A DNA stretch of 64,000 nt, taken from positions 10,802-74,801 of the forward strand of contig CABUQI010000001.1 of assembly GCA_902493545.1 (NCBI GenBank), given 5' to 3'. Of the stretch, positions 27,371 through 36,891 are shown piece after piece (position 1 is the stretch's first letter; each line of letters opens with the position of its first letter). Both the position numbers and the translations under genes were made by a program. The stretch is from an uncultured Collinsella sp. (GTDB lineage Bacteria; Actinomycetota; Coriobacteriia; Coriobacteriales; Coriobacteriaceae). Under the pieces are notes generated by a model that did no database searches, had not been told where the DNA came from, and saw only the letters and a program-made list of their open reading frames with translations.

Positions 27371-30300
27371 GCGCCTCACCGCACCCCTGCGCCTTGGCGT
27401 TCATGATGAGCATCTGAAGACGGTTCTCCACGTTGGCGAAGCTCACGTCGGGATCGTAGTCGAGCGGCAGGAACTGCGCCGTGGGATACTGCTCCTTGAG
27501 CGCATGGATGAGCCCGCGCCCCACGACATGGTTGGGCAGACACCCGAACGGCTGCAGGATCACGAAGTTGCGGCAGCCGCGCTTGGCGTGCTCGAGGATC
27601 TCCGCCGGAATCAGCACGCCCTCGCCCGCATCGAACGTATGGTGCAGGATCTTATCGCTCGCGCGCACGAGCTCGGGCATGCGCGTCGGCGGCTCGTAGA
27701 GCGGGCTCGCCGCGCCCAGGCGGTCGCAACGGTCGTGCGCGAGCTCGAACAGGTTGTCCGCCGTGGCGTACCAGGCCTTTTCGGGCAGCGACAGGTCGAC
27801 GTGGAACTCGCGCGACTGCGCATGCTTGTAGAAATAGGTCTTGCGGATCACGTCGGTCATGCGCGCCTCGATGACCTCGAGCCCGTTGTCCTCGAGGTAG
27901 CGCTCAATCTCGTGGTTGGCGCCGAGATGGAAATTGAGCAGGTACTCGCCCACGATGAGAACGGTCGGATGCGGGTTCGAGCGGTCGTACGGAACGGCGT
28001 CCATGATCGCAAGCGCGCGTTTGAAGCCCGTCGCCTGGCCTCTCAGCCCGGAGCGCTCCATGCCCTCGATAACCTCATCGAGCGCGCGGTCGAACGCAGC
28101 GTCCGCCGCGCCCTTCTCGAGCTCGTAGGGACGGATGCGCCTAAGCATGGCCTCGAGGGCATCGATCATGGGAAGACCGTAGGCGATCTGGATGCTCGGG
28201 CCAAGGCCGAGCTTGAAGCCCGGATGCGCATTGTGGGCATCGACGTCGTCGTTGGTGAGCACCGGGACATAGTCGTATCCCGCGTCGTCGAGCGCGCGGC
28301 GCAGCAGGGGCATGTAGTGCGTCAGGCGGCAGTCGCCGATATACTTGCCAGTCACCACGGCGACGTCGTGCGGGTCGTACTTACCGCTCTCGAGTGCCGC
28401 GAGCGCCTCGCCGATCACGATTTGCGCGGGGAAGCAGATGTCGTTGTGCACATAGCGTTTGCCCAGGCGGATGGCATCCTCGCGCCCGATATCAAGGGCC
28501 TCGGCGCGCACGCCCTGATTGCGCATCGCCGCGGTCATGAGCCTGCAGAACGCATGGGAGGTGTTGGGGACCAGCGCGATCTTGTCGTGCCGGTCGCGCT
28601 TGGTGTACTTGACCTTATACGGGTCGTCGAGCGGATGGACCGCGTGCACCCGGGCGCCCTCGGCACGCTCCTCCGCGCGACGACGGTTGACCGACTCGAT
28701 AAACGAACGCACGCGAATGCCCATGGGACCGGCGACGTCGCTCTCATCGAGCTTGATCATCATCGGAACCTTGGAGCCCATCTCGCCCATCATGCGCGCG
28801 ATCTCGTCGGTGAGATACGCATCGTGGCCGCAGCCGAAGCTGCCCATCTGCACGAGCTCGAGCTCGGGCGTCGATGCGACGATGACCGCGCACGACAGCA
28901 TGCGCGCATGGTAGTTGTTCACGATGTCGATGCGGCTGTTGGAAAGATCGACGTTGCAGACCCCCGGCACCGCATCGGGCGTCAGCACGGGGATGCCGCG
29001 CTCAGAGAAGAGCTTGGGCAGCCCGTGGTTGACCAGCGGGTCGTTGTGGTACGGGCGCGAAGCGATCACCACCGCGTAGCCGCCGTCCTCGCGCACGTTC
29101 TCGAGCACCTGCCTGCCGCGCAGCTGCAGCTGGTTCTCAAACGTCTCCTGCGCGCGGTCCGCCTGCTCGGTCGCCTTGGCAACCAGGTCGGCATCGATAT
29201 CGAAGGTCTCCTTGCACCACGCCTTGAGCTGGCGGTTTCGGTCGCCCTCGTCGTACCAGTGGAACAGCGGCGTATCGAACGGAACGCCGAAACGCTCCTC
29301 CGGGTTATCGGAATTGCGCATCACGTAGGGGTATCCCTTTACGACGGCGCACATCCACTCGCTGGTAGAGGCGGTGTTTTCGGTGGGCACCGTCGTGATG
29401 ATGGGCATGAAGATGCGGTCGACGCCGGCGTCGACGAGATTGCGGATGTGCCCGTGGACGAGCTTGGCCGGGAAGCACACGGTGTCGGATGTGACGTGCG
29501 CCAGACCGCGCTCGTACATCGCCTTGGTGCTGCGTCCCGAGACGCGCACCTTAAAGCCGAGCGTGCTGAAGAACGTCGACCAGAACGGCATGGTGTCCCA
29601 GAACTCGAGCACACGGGGAATGCCGATCGTGACATCGCGCCCCCCGCAGACGGGAACCGTGGGGTACGACTCGAACAGCAGCTTCTCGCGGTCGACAAAG
29701 AGATTGGGGGCAGCCGCGGTCCGGTCGCGCCCCGTGCCGGGTGCCTGTGCCTCGCAAGCACCCTGCGGACGCAGCTCCTCCGCCGCGGGAACCTCGCGCA
29801 CGAGCTCATCCCATGAGATGGCGCCGCCGCGCGGGCAGCGATTGCCCGTGACGTAAAGCGAGCCGTCGCCAAATGCCACGACCGCGCGCTGGCAGCGGTT
29901 GTTGCACCGACGGCAGGTAACGCCGCCGAACTCGCGATGCTCGAAGCGCTCCACGGCATCGAGCCCGATAAACGACGTGCCGGCGTCGCCCTTGCGGCAT
30001 TCCTCGCGCGCGAGCAGGGCGATACCGATAGCGCCCATCAGCCCCGGGTGGGGCGCACGCGTGACGGGTTTGCCCAGATACTGCTCGAATGCGCGCAGCA
30101 CCGCGTCGTTTCGGAACGTGCCGCCCTGGACGACGACTTTGTCGCCCAGACGGTTGAGATTTGAAACGCGAATGACCTTGGTGAACACGTTCTCGATAAT
30201 CGAACGGCAGAGACCGGCCATGATGTCGCCCGGACCCTTACCGCGCCGCTGCTCGGAAACGACGCTGCTGTTCATGAACACCGTGCAGCGGCTGCCGAGA

Positions 30301-31793
30301 ACGGCGGGGGCTTTGGACGAAAATGCCTCGGTCGCGATATCCTCAACGGCTATTCCGAGGTTTTTGGCAAAACCCTCGAGGAACGAGCCGCAGCCCGCAG
30401 AGCACGCCTCGTTGACGACGATATCGGTCAGCACGCCGTGGTTGAGCCAGATGGCCTTCATATCCTGTCCGCCGATGTCGAGCACGAAGGTCGCATCGGG
30501 AACGCATGCGCACGCGGCGCGGGCGTGCGCGACCGTCTCGACCGTATGGTAGTCGGCGTGGAACGCGCGCGCGAAAAGCTCCTCGCCGTATCCCGTGGTG
30601 CCCACGGCATCGATCGCAAGCGTGACTCCCGCTGTCTCCCAGCGGTTCTTCAAGCTGACAAGACCCTGTTGGGCGACGTCGAGCGGTCTGCCGTTATTAG
30701 ACGCGTAGAACGAATCGACAAGCTCACCCGCCTCATCGACCAGGGCGAACTTGGTCGTCGTGCTCCCCGAATCGATACCGAGCGCCACACGCACCGTCTC
30801 TCCGGGCGCATACGCATCCGGACCCTTTGCCGGCGTCTCTTTGCCATGGCGTGCCGTAAAATCCGCCTGCTCGGCAGGTGTGGCAAAAAAGGGCTGGGCA
30901 AGACGTCCCTCCCCGCTTGCGGGCGCGACCGTCTCGAGCTTATCCAGCCGGACAAAAGCGTCGGGAAGGTCGATCGGTTGGGACGATGCGAACATGTCGG
31001 TCAGCGACAGGGCGGCACCGCGCGCGACCATGATCTGCGGATCGCGCGGGACGATAACCTGATCGTCCGATAGATTCAGTTGCTCCCGGAACACGCGGAC
31101 CAGTGTGGGGTTGTAGGCGAGCGCACCGCCCTCGAAGATTACCGGCGGCTCGATGTCGATACCCTGGGCCAGACCGCCGATCGTTTGGCGGGCGACCGCG
31201 TGAAGCGCCGAAAGCGCCAGGTCGGTGGTAGGAATGCCCTCGTTGAGCAGCGGCTGGATATCGGTCTTTGCGTACACGCCGCAGCGGCCCGAGACCTCGT
31301 GGACGGTCGTTCCCCGGCTTGCGAGCTGCTCGAACTCGCCCGATTCGGTGCCGACCCCCATGAGCTTTGCCATCTCGTCGATAAATGCACCGGTACCGCC
31401 TGCGCACGAGCCGTTCATGCGCATGTCGGCAACCTCGATGTCTCCCTTATCGTTGGTGCGGAAGAAGATCATCTTGGCGTCTTGGCCGCCCAGCTCGATG
31501 GCGCAGCGCGTCTGCGGATAGAACCTGCTGATCGCGAGCGCGTTGGCGACCACCTCCTGAACGTACGAGGCGCCCAGCGCGGTCGCGATATCGCGCGCAC
31601 CCGAGCCGGTCACCGCAACGCGCAGCGACTCATGGGGAAAGCGCTCGGCGAGCTCGCCGAGCATGGCGCGCACGCTCGCTGTCTGACACGCCCCGTGGCG
31701 GCGATATCCCCACCACGCCTCGGTCATATCCTCGTGCATCGCGTAAACTTTGGTCGTCGTCGACCCTACGTCCAGTCCTACTAGCAACGCCAT
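27354..31793 (-). CDS. 2-hydroxyacyl-CoA dehydratase/activase fusion (two ASKHA ATPase domains plus Fe-S dehydratase-like domains)
   Basis: GLDVGSTTTK and GIDSGSTTTK; GGQDAK/GGQDMK; CAGGTG, CSAGCG, CFPAK, FGCGHD, PFGCLPNH. Confidence 0.88.
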   Translation of the reverse strand: MALLVGLDVGSTTTKVYAMHEDMTEAWWGYRRHGACQTASVRAMLGELAERFPHESLRVAVTGSGARDIATALGASYVQEVVANALAISRFYPQTRCAIELGGQDAKMIFFRTNDKGDIEVADMRMNGSCAGGTGAFIDEMAKLMGVGTESGEFEQLASRGTTVHEVSGRCGVYAKTDIQPLLNEGIPTTDLALSALHAVARQTIGGLAQGIDIEPPVIFEGGALAYNPTLVRVFREQLNLSDDQVIVPRDPQIMVARGAALSLTDMFASSQPIDLPDAFVRLDKLETVAPASGEGRLAQPFFATPAEQADFTARHGKETPAKGPDAYAPGETVRVALGIDSGSTTTKFALVDEAGELVDSFYASNNGRPLDVAQQGLVSLKNRWETAGVTLAIDAVGTTGYGEELFARAFHADYHTVETVAHARAACACVPDATFVLDIGGQDMKAIWLNHGVLTDIVVNEACSAGCGSFLEGFAKNLGIAVEDIATEAFSSKAPAVLGSRCTVFMNSSVVSEQRRGKGPGDIMAGLCRSIIENVFTKVIRVSNLNRLGDKVVVQGGTFRNDAVLRAFEQYLGKPVTRAPHPGLMGAIGIALLAREECRKGDAGTSFIGLDAVERFEHREFGGVTCRRCNNRCQRAVVAFGDGSLYVTGNRCPRGGAISWDELVREVPAAEELRPQGACEAQAPGTGRDRTAAAPNLFVDREKLLFESYPTVPVCGGRDVTIGIPRVLEFWDTMPFWSTFFSTLGFKVRVSGRSTKAMYERGLAHVTSDTVCFPAKLVHGHIRNLVDAGVDRIFMPIITTVPTENTASTSEWMCAVVKGYPYVMRNSDNPEERFGVPFDTPLFHWYDEGDRNRQLKAWCKETFDIDADLVAKATEQADRAQETFENQLQLRGRQVLENVREDGGYAVVIASRPYHNDPLVNHGLPKLFSERGIPVLTPDAVPGVCNVDLSNSRIDIVNNYHARMLSCAVIVASTPELELVQMGSFGCGHDAYLTDEIARMMGEMGSKVPMMIKLDESDVAGPMGIRVRSFIESVNRRRAEERAEGARVHAVHPLDDPYKVKYTKRDRHDKIALVPNTSHAFCRLMTAAMRNQGVRAEALDIGREDAIRLGKRYVHNDICFPAQIVIGEALAALESGKYDPHDVAVVTGKYIGDCRLTHYMPLLRRALDDAGYDYVPVLTNDDVDAHNAHPGFKLGLGPSIQIAYGLPMIDALEAMLRRIRPYELEKGAADAAFDRALDEVIEGMERSGLRGQATGFKRALAIMDAVPYDRSNPHPTVLIVGEYLLNFHLGANHEIERYLEDNGLEVIEARMTDVIRKTYFYKHAQSREFHVDLSLPEKAWYATADNLFELAHDRCDRLGAASPLYEPPTRMPELVRASDKILHHTFDAGEGVLIPAEILEHAKRGCRNFVILQPFGCLPNHVVGRGLIHALKEQYPTAQFLPLDYDPDVSFANVENRLQMLIMNAKAQGCGEAHGETA

Positions 31794-31842
31794 AATGCTC
31801 CGTCTCTCGCATTTTTCCTGCTAGAGATATACCACTCTACGT

Positions 31843-31863
31843 AATACAACAGACTGTTGTATT
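31843..31863. promoter_or_regulatory. Probable TetR operator
   Basis: Perfect palindrome aatacaacag-a-ctgttgtatt 50 bp upstream of the activase start. Confidence 0.7.
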
Positions 31864-32074
31864 TAAACTCCGTATAAAAAGCGGCTGCCGAAACGCTTCA
31901 GCAGCCGCCGAATGCACCAACAGATTGTTCTGCGCGCTAGCACGTCGGGCAACGGAGCAGCACGGGCCCTCCGGTCATGCGCACCGCTCACGCCCGCGAT
32001 GTCGCCGAGAGAGCTATCCACGCTTAGGGCTCCAACCAAGCAAGTCGCCCGCGCTCAGCAGATCCCTAAGCGAG

Positions 32075-32623
32075 CTACTCGCACTCAGGAGCCATAGCCT
32101 GCTCCAAGAGCTCGGCATGCTCCTCCTCGAAAACCGTCCCCACAGGGAAGGCGCGACGGAAGACGAAGTGGGAAATCGGACCGGCTACCAAAAGGTTCCA
32201 CGGCAGCGCCATCACAAAATTATGCGGGATGTTGATCATCCAGATCGCGGGCACGGAATACAGGTTCGCAAGGATGCCGCCGGGCATGTGCGTCAGACCC
32301 TCGCAGGCACCGTACAGCGACATGATGATGACCATGGGAACGACCATGCAGGAGCTGACGGCGAGCGTCATGGCAAGTGGCGAGCTCTTGCCCGGCGTGA
32401 CCAGGAATTTAAAAGCGAAACCCTTGGCAAGGGGGCTGGCAACAAACCAGTCGCAGCACATGGCAAAAATGTAGGCAACGGGGAAGCCGAGCCACGCGGC
32501 GGCAACAACCTCGCCGCTGATGGCCCCATGCTGCAGGGCAACGTTGTAGATGCTCATCCAGAGCACCATGCAAAAGCACATGATAAAGGTGAACAGCAGG
32601 CTCTCTCGTTTGTTGATAGGCAT
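32075..32623 (-). CDS. DUF2798-like membrane protein
   Basis: MPINKRESLLFTFIMCFCMVLWMS, duplicated hydrophobic halves, NFVMALPWNLLVAGP; AGAAAGGA RBS. Confidence 0.7.
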   Translation of the reverse strand: MPINKRESLLFTFIMCFCMVLWMSIYNVALQHGAISGEVVAAAWLGFPVAYIFAMCCDWFVASPLAKGFAFKFLVTPGKSSPLAMTLAVSSCMVVPMVIIMSLYGACEGLTHMPGGILANLYSVPAIWMINIPHNFVMALPWNLLVAGPISHFVFRRAFPVGTVFEEEHAELLEQAMAPECE

Positions 32624-32667
32624 AAAGGACAAAATCCTTTCTGTGTTACGCCGCGGCACCACGCAAC

Positions 32668-32770
32668 AAAAACGGGCGGGCAAGATGGAGCTGTTGGGAC
32701 TTCATCTCGCCCGCCCGTGGTACGTGCGTCTGCGACTACTTATGTGGTGGAACTACCCTAACACGAACGG
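32668..32770 (-). promoter_or_regulatory. Leader with intrinsic terminator and alternative antiterminator pairing
   Basis: Stem 32672-32690/32700-32718 plus U-tract in the 5' UTR; CCGTTCGTG (32770-32762) can pair with CACGGGCGG (32719-32711). Confidence 0.6.
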
Positions 32771-32834
32771 CGCGCGCTTCGTAAGCGTTGAGTTTATGGA
32801 GATGCAGGGCACCAATAATCCCCCCGACCCCATA

Positions 32835-32901
32835 AGTTGCGGTGGAATACGGACTGTTTTGACCCTTTAAGCAGCAATTCAGTCCCTATTTCACCGCAAC
32901 T
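32835..32901. repeat. 67-bp element with 15-bp terminal inverted repeats, copy 1
   Basis: AGTTGCGGTGGAATA-N37-TATTTCACCGCAACT; copy 2 at 61778-61844. Confidence 0.85.
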
Positions 32902-32908
32902 CATTGGG

Positions 32909-32937
32909 GGTGCAAAGTAACCTGTCCCCCTTGCACC
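32909..32937. repeat. REP-like hairpin with GGGGACAGG loop (minus orientation)
   Basis: ggtgcaa/ttgcacc stem around cctgtcccc, just after the thrE-like stop codon. Confidence 0.55.
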
Positions 32938-32939
32938 AA

Positions 32940-34508
32940 TTAGCTGGTGTGGCGCCAGCGAGGGTCGGTGAGCGTACGCGCCACACCCAGTCCAACGGGC
33001 AGAAACGCTACGATGAGCACTGCGCGCACAAACCAGCCGAGCATATTGACCGTGTCGAAGGTGCACATGTAATACATCGAGCGATACAGATACAAGCCCG
33101 GCACCATAATGACAATCGAAGGCACCGTGAGGGCGATGCGCGGGTAGGTGAGCTTGACTTCAGCCAAGCTTGCGAGCAGCCCCGATACCAGCGCGCCGAT
33201 AAACGCTGCTGCCTCGGGAGGCATTCCCGTGCTGAGGCCCAGGAAGGGAATCATCGTCGGCGCATCGACAAGGGTCAGACGCAGGGTATTGGACACGGCG
33301 CCGATCAACCCAGCTGCCGCGGCCATCTTTACCGGGCTGTTGAACATCACCGAGAAGCCGAATACGCCAACGAAGCTCATCAGTATGCGCAAGAGCGTAA
33401 GAGCCAACGGAGAGAGGCCGAGCGGGGCGAAGTCATCCGGCGCCAGTCCCACGCACTCGGCAACCATCCAACCTACGAGGGTCGCCATCACAATAATCGA
33501 CACGGCATACGAAAGACGCTCGATTCCACTTCGCATATCGAGCTTAGCGATGTCGAGGCCTGCCGTAATGAGGGGAAAGCCGGGAATCACAAAGAGCATG
33601 GCGCCGATATAGCCTTCTTGGTGCGACATTGCCCCCGGTACGACCTGGCCAAGGCCGAGCAATGCCAGCAGATACGAAACGCAAGCGAGCGCAACACCAG
33701 TCGTCAGCGCGCTAAACTGGCCAAGACCCTGCTTGAGAATATGGGAGCGGGCAAAGTTACCGACACCAGCGCCTACGAATGCGCAGGCCATCTCGATAGG
33801 GCCGCCGCCGAGCAAAAAGACGAAGGCGCCGCAAGCACAGGCTGCCGCAAGGCCCTGTTGCCAGGGAGCGTAATCGGGCTTTGAGCTCTCAACGGTCTTG
33901 AGCATCTCGTGGTATTCGTGCACGGTAAACCGGCGCCCATACGTCTCGATTTCCTTTAAGAAGCTCTCCATCATCCAAATGCGATGGGTATTGACTCCCG
34001 TTGTGGGCAGGCTGACAACCTCGTTAAAGCAGTGACCATCTTCGATGCAGGTGCACTCAAACGACAGAAGACTCAGGTCGACGTGAATCGTGACGCCGAG
34101 TACAGCGGCAACACGATTCATGGTATCGCGCACGCGCCAGGCACCCGTTCCGCTTGCCAGCATAAGCATGCCGGTGCGGCAAATGATGGATGATTTATCG
34201 GTGAGCGGCGCATCGACGGCAAGTTCATCGCCTGCCGTCACGATCTGGTGCCAGTCAGTTTTCATATGGAGTGCGCCGGCACGAACGCCATGGTGTAGGG
34301 GGGCTCTCGAAAGCAGCGAGTCAAGGCGCGAAGGCTGTGGGGGCTCCGTTGATTCGCCCTCGTCCTCGCCGGGCTCCTCATCGACCAGATCAAATGAGTC
34401 AAGCGGCGCTGGCTCGCGACGGTCGATCAGCTCCTCGTCCTCATCATCAAAGTAATTGAACTGATCGAGCATGTCCTCTTCGATTGCACGCTCGCTCACA
34501 TCGTCCAT
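32940..34508 (-). CDS. Threonine/serine exporter ThrE family (fused YjjP-YjjB type)
   Basis: GMLMLASGTGAWRV, MLFVIPGFPL, IVIMVPG; about 10 TM segments; acidic N-terminus. Confidence 0.85.
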   Translation of the reverse strand: MDDVSERAIEEDMLDQFNYFDDEDEELIDRREPAPLDSFDLVDEEPGEDEGESTEPPQPSRLDSLLSRAPLHHGVRAGALHMKTDWHQIVTAGDELAVDAPLTDKSSIICRTGMLMLASGTGAWRVRDTMNRVAAVLGVTIHVDLSLLSFECTCIEDGHCFNEVVSLPTTGVNTHRIWMMESFLKEIETYGRRFTVHEYHEMLKTVESSKPDYAPWQQGLAAACACGAFVFLLGGGPIEMACAFVGAGVGNFARSHILKQGLGQFSALTTGVALACVSYLLALLGLGQVVPGAMSHQEGYIGAMLFVIPGFPLITAGLDIAKLDMRSGIERLSYAVSIIVMATLVGWMVAECVGLAPDDFAPLGLSPLALTLLRILMSFVGVFGFSVMFNSPVKMAAAAGLIGAVSNTLRLTLVDAPTMIPFLGLSTGMPPEAAAFIGALVSGLLASLAEVKLTYPRIALTVPSIVIMVPGLYLYRSMYYMCTFDTVNMLGWFVRAVLIVAFLPVGLGVARTLTDPRWRHTS

Positions 34509-34612
34509 ACGGGCGCTCCCTTCCTACCGACTAACCCCCATCCTAGGCAGCAACGGCTAAAGGAAACATAAAAGAGACGGCTGTCATGCGAACCATGCGC
34601 TCAATAGCCGTT

Positions 34613-34674
34613 GAGTAGTCATTGAGGACGTTCTTGAATGACTAGTCGTTTAAGAACGTCCCCAATGACTACTC
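34613..34674. repeat. 62-bp near-perfect palindrome
   Basis: gagtagtcattgaggacgttcttgaatgac / gtcgtttaagaacgtccccaatgactactc. Confidence 0.8.
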
Positions 34675-34848
34675 CGGCAACGTCGATGTATTGGCAACGC
34701 AAGCGAGCGGGTCGCATTTGAGACAAGGTGACGTGAAACGAAAGGGCGCTGACCTTCTGGTCGCGCCCTTGAAGTTGAACGTCAGATTGTCCAAATGCGG
34801 CCCGCGCAGCGTCGAGCCGTTACGCGGTTCGTAGAACCGCGTAACAAG

Positions 34849-36813
34849 TTAGTACATCTTTGCGCCGGCAGGGATGGAAGCGTCGAGCTGGATCAGGTTG
34901 AGACGCTCCTCGCCCTCCTCCTCGTGGATAGCGCTGATGAGCATGCCGCAGCTGGGGATACCCATCATCTTGCGCGGAGGCAGGTTGGTGATGGCGAGCA
35001 GGGTCTTGCCGACCAAGTCCTCGGGCTCGTAATAATCGTGAATACCGGAGAGGATGGTGCGGTCGGTACCGGTGCCATCGTCGAGCGTAAAGTTCAGCAG
35101 CTTCTTGGACTTCTTGACGGCCTCGCATGCCTTGACCTTCACGGCGCGGAAGTCGCTCTTGGAGAAGGTATCAAAGTCGACGAACTCCTCAAACAGCGGC
35201 TCGACGGCAATCTTGGAGTAATCGAGCGTGGGCTTGAGCGGCTTGACGAAGGGGCTCGCGGTGTTGCCGGCCTCGGCAGCCTTGGCAGCAGCGGCACCGG
35301 ACTGGAAACCCTTCTCGGGCTTCATGTGCGGGAACAGCAGCACGTCGCGGATGGAAGCCTGGTTGGTGAGCAGCATGACCACACGGTCGATACCGATGCC
35401 GATGCCGCCCGCGGGAGGCATACCGTACTCGAGGGCGCGCACGTAATCCTCGTCGTACTCCATGGCCTCGTCGTCGCCGCCGGCCTTCTCGGCCATCTGG
35501 GCAGCGAAGCGCTCGGCCTGGTCGACCGGGTCGTTGAGCTCGGAGAACGCGTTCGCGTACTCGTGGCCGGCGATGACCAGCTCAAAGCGATGGGTCAGGC
35601 GTGGGTCATCCTCAAAGCGCTTGGCAAGCGGGCTAACCTCGATGGGGTAATCGCACACGAAGGTGGGGTTGACGATGGTGTCCTCGCCCAGCTCGTCATA
35701 GATCTCGGCGATGATCTTGCCGGCGGTCCACTCGGGCTTGATCTCCAGGCCCTTCTCGCGTGCGGCGGCAGCAAGCTCCTCGACCGGCGTGTCGATGGTG
35801 ACCGGCTTGCCGAGCACGTCGGAGACAATGTCGGTCATGGGACGGCTTGCCCACTCACCGGACAGATCGATGGTCTGACCCTGGTACTCAATAACCTCGG
35901 GGTTGCCGATAGCCTTGTTAGCGGCCTTAATGACACCCTGGGCGAGTGCCTTCATGCCCTCGAGGTCGGAGAAGGCACGGTAGGCCTCCATCGTAGTGAA
36001 CTCGGGGTTGTGGGTAAGGTCCATACCCTCGTTGCGGAAGATACGACCGATTTCGAACACGCGCTCAAAGCCGCCGACGATGCAGCGCTTGAGGTGCAGC
36101 TCGGTGGCGATACGCAGGTAGCACTCCTGATCGAGCGCGTTGAAGTGCGTGATGAACGGCTTAGCCGTAGCGCCGCCCTGGATGGTCTGCAGGATAGGAG
36201 TCTCAACCTCCATGTAGCCATCGGACTCCATAAAGCGGCGGAACGTGGAGAGGATCTGCGAGCGCTTGCGGAAGGTCTCGCGAACGTCGTCGTTGGCGAT
36301 CAGGTCGACATAGCGCTGACGATAGCGGGTCTCCTTGTCGGAGAGACCGTGGAACTTCTCGGGCAGCGGGCGAACGGCCTTGGAGAGCAGCGTCGCGCTC
36401 TTGGGGGCAACGGAAAGCTGGCCACGCTTGGTGCGCACGACTACGCCGGCCACGCCCAGGATATCGCCCAGGTCGAGCGCCTTGAGCGTGTTCCAGGCGG
36501 CCTCGTCCATATCGTTGATGCGGCAGAACAGCTGGATCTCGCCGGTCGCGTCGCGCACGACGATGAACATAATCTTGCCCTGACCGCGCTTGGCAACCAC
36601 ACGGCCGCCGATCTTCACGACGTCCTCGGTGTCCTCGCCATCGGCGAGCTCGGCGTACTTAGTCTCGATGTCGGCGACGTAGTCCTCAATCTCGGAGTGC
36701 TCGGGATACGGGTTCTGGCCCGCCTCGAACAGGGAGGCACGCTTGGCCAGGCGGGTGGCGCGCTCGTCGTTGAGCGTCGATGCCTGATCGGCGGCGTTCT
36801 GGTTTTCTGCCAT
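34849..36813 (-). CDS. lysS: Lysine-tRNA ligase (class II) with extra C-terminal tRNA-binding OB domain
   Basis: YRQRYVDLI, FRNEG, YGMPPAGGIGIGIDR; tail SKKLL...NLPPRKMMG is MetRS-C/Trbp111-like. Confidence 0.97.
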   Translation of the reverse strand: MAENQNAADQASTLNDERATRLAKRASLFEAGQNPYPEHSEIEDYVADIETKYAELADGEDTEDVVKIGGRVVAKRGQGKIMFIVVRDATGEIQLFCRINDMDEAAWNTLKALDLGDILGVAGVVVRTKRGQLSVAPKSATLLSKAVRPLPEKFHGLSDKETRYRQRYVDLIANDDVRETFRKRSQILSTFRRFMESDGYMEVETPILQTIQGGATAKPFITHFNALDQECYLRIATELHLKRCIVGGFERVFEIGRIFRNEGMDLTHNPEFTTMEAYRAFSDLEGMKALAQGVIKAANKAIGNPEVIEYQGQTIDLSGEWASRPMTDIVSDVLGKPVTIDTPVEELAAAAREKGLEIKPEWTAGKIIAEIYDELGEDTIVNPTFVCDYPIEVSPLAKRFEDDPRLTHRFELVIAGHEYANAFSELNDPVDQAERFAAQMAEKAGGDDEAMEYDEDYVRALEYGMPPAGGIGIGIDRVVMLLTNQASIRDVLLFPHMKPEKGFQSGAAAAKAAEAGNTASPFVKPLKPTLDYSKIAVEPLFEEFVDFDTFSKSDFRAVKVKACEAVKKSKKLLNFTLDDGTGTDRTILSGIHDYYEPEDLVGKTLLAITNLPPRKMMGIPSCGMLISAIHEEEGEERLNLIQLDASIPAGAKMY

Positions 36814-36891
36814 AGTTAGCTCCTCAAACTAAAACGCTCCCCAGGATTCGGTCCCAGGGAGCGAAAACATACCTTTACGCGGGACCGTGGT

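Noticed and set aside
27237..29816. 859-aa plus-strand ORF opposite the activase fusion
   Set aside because: Antisense shadow with no domain motifs.
34795..36819. 674-aa plus-strand ORF opposite lysS
   Set aside because: Antisense shadow.
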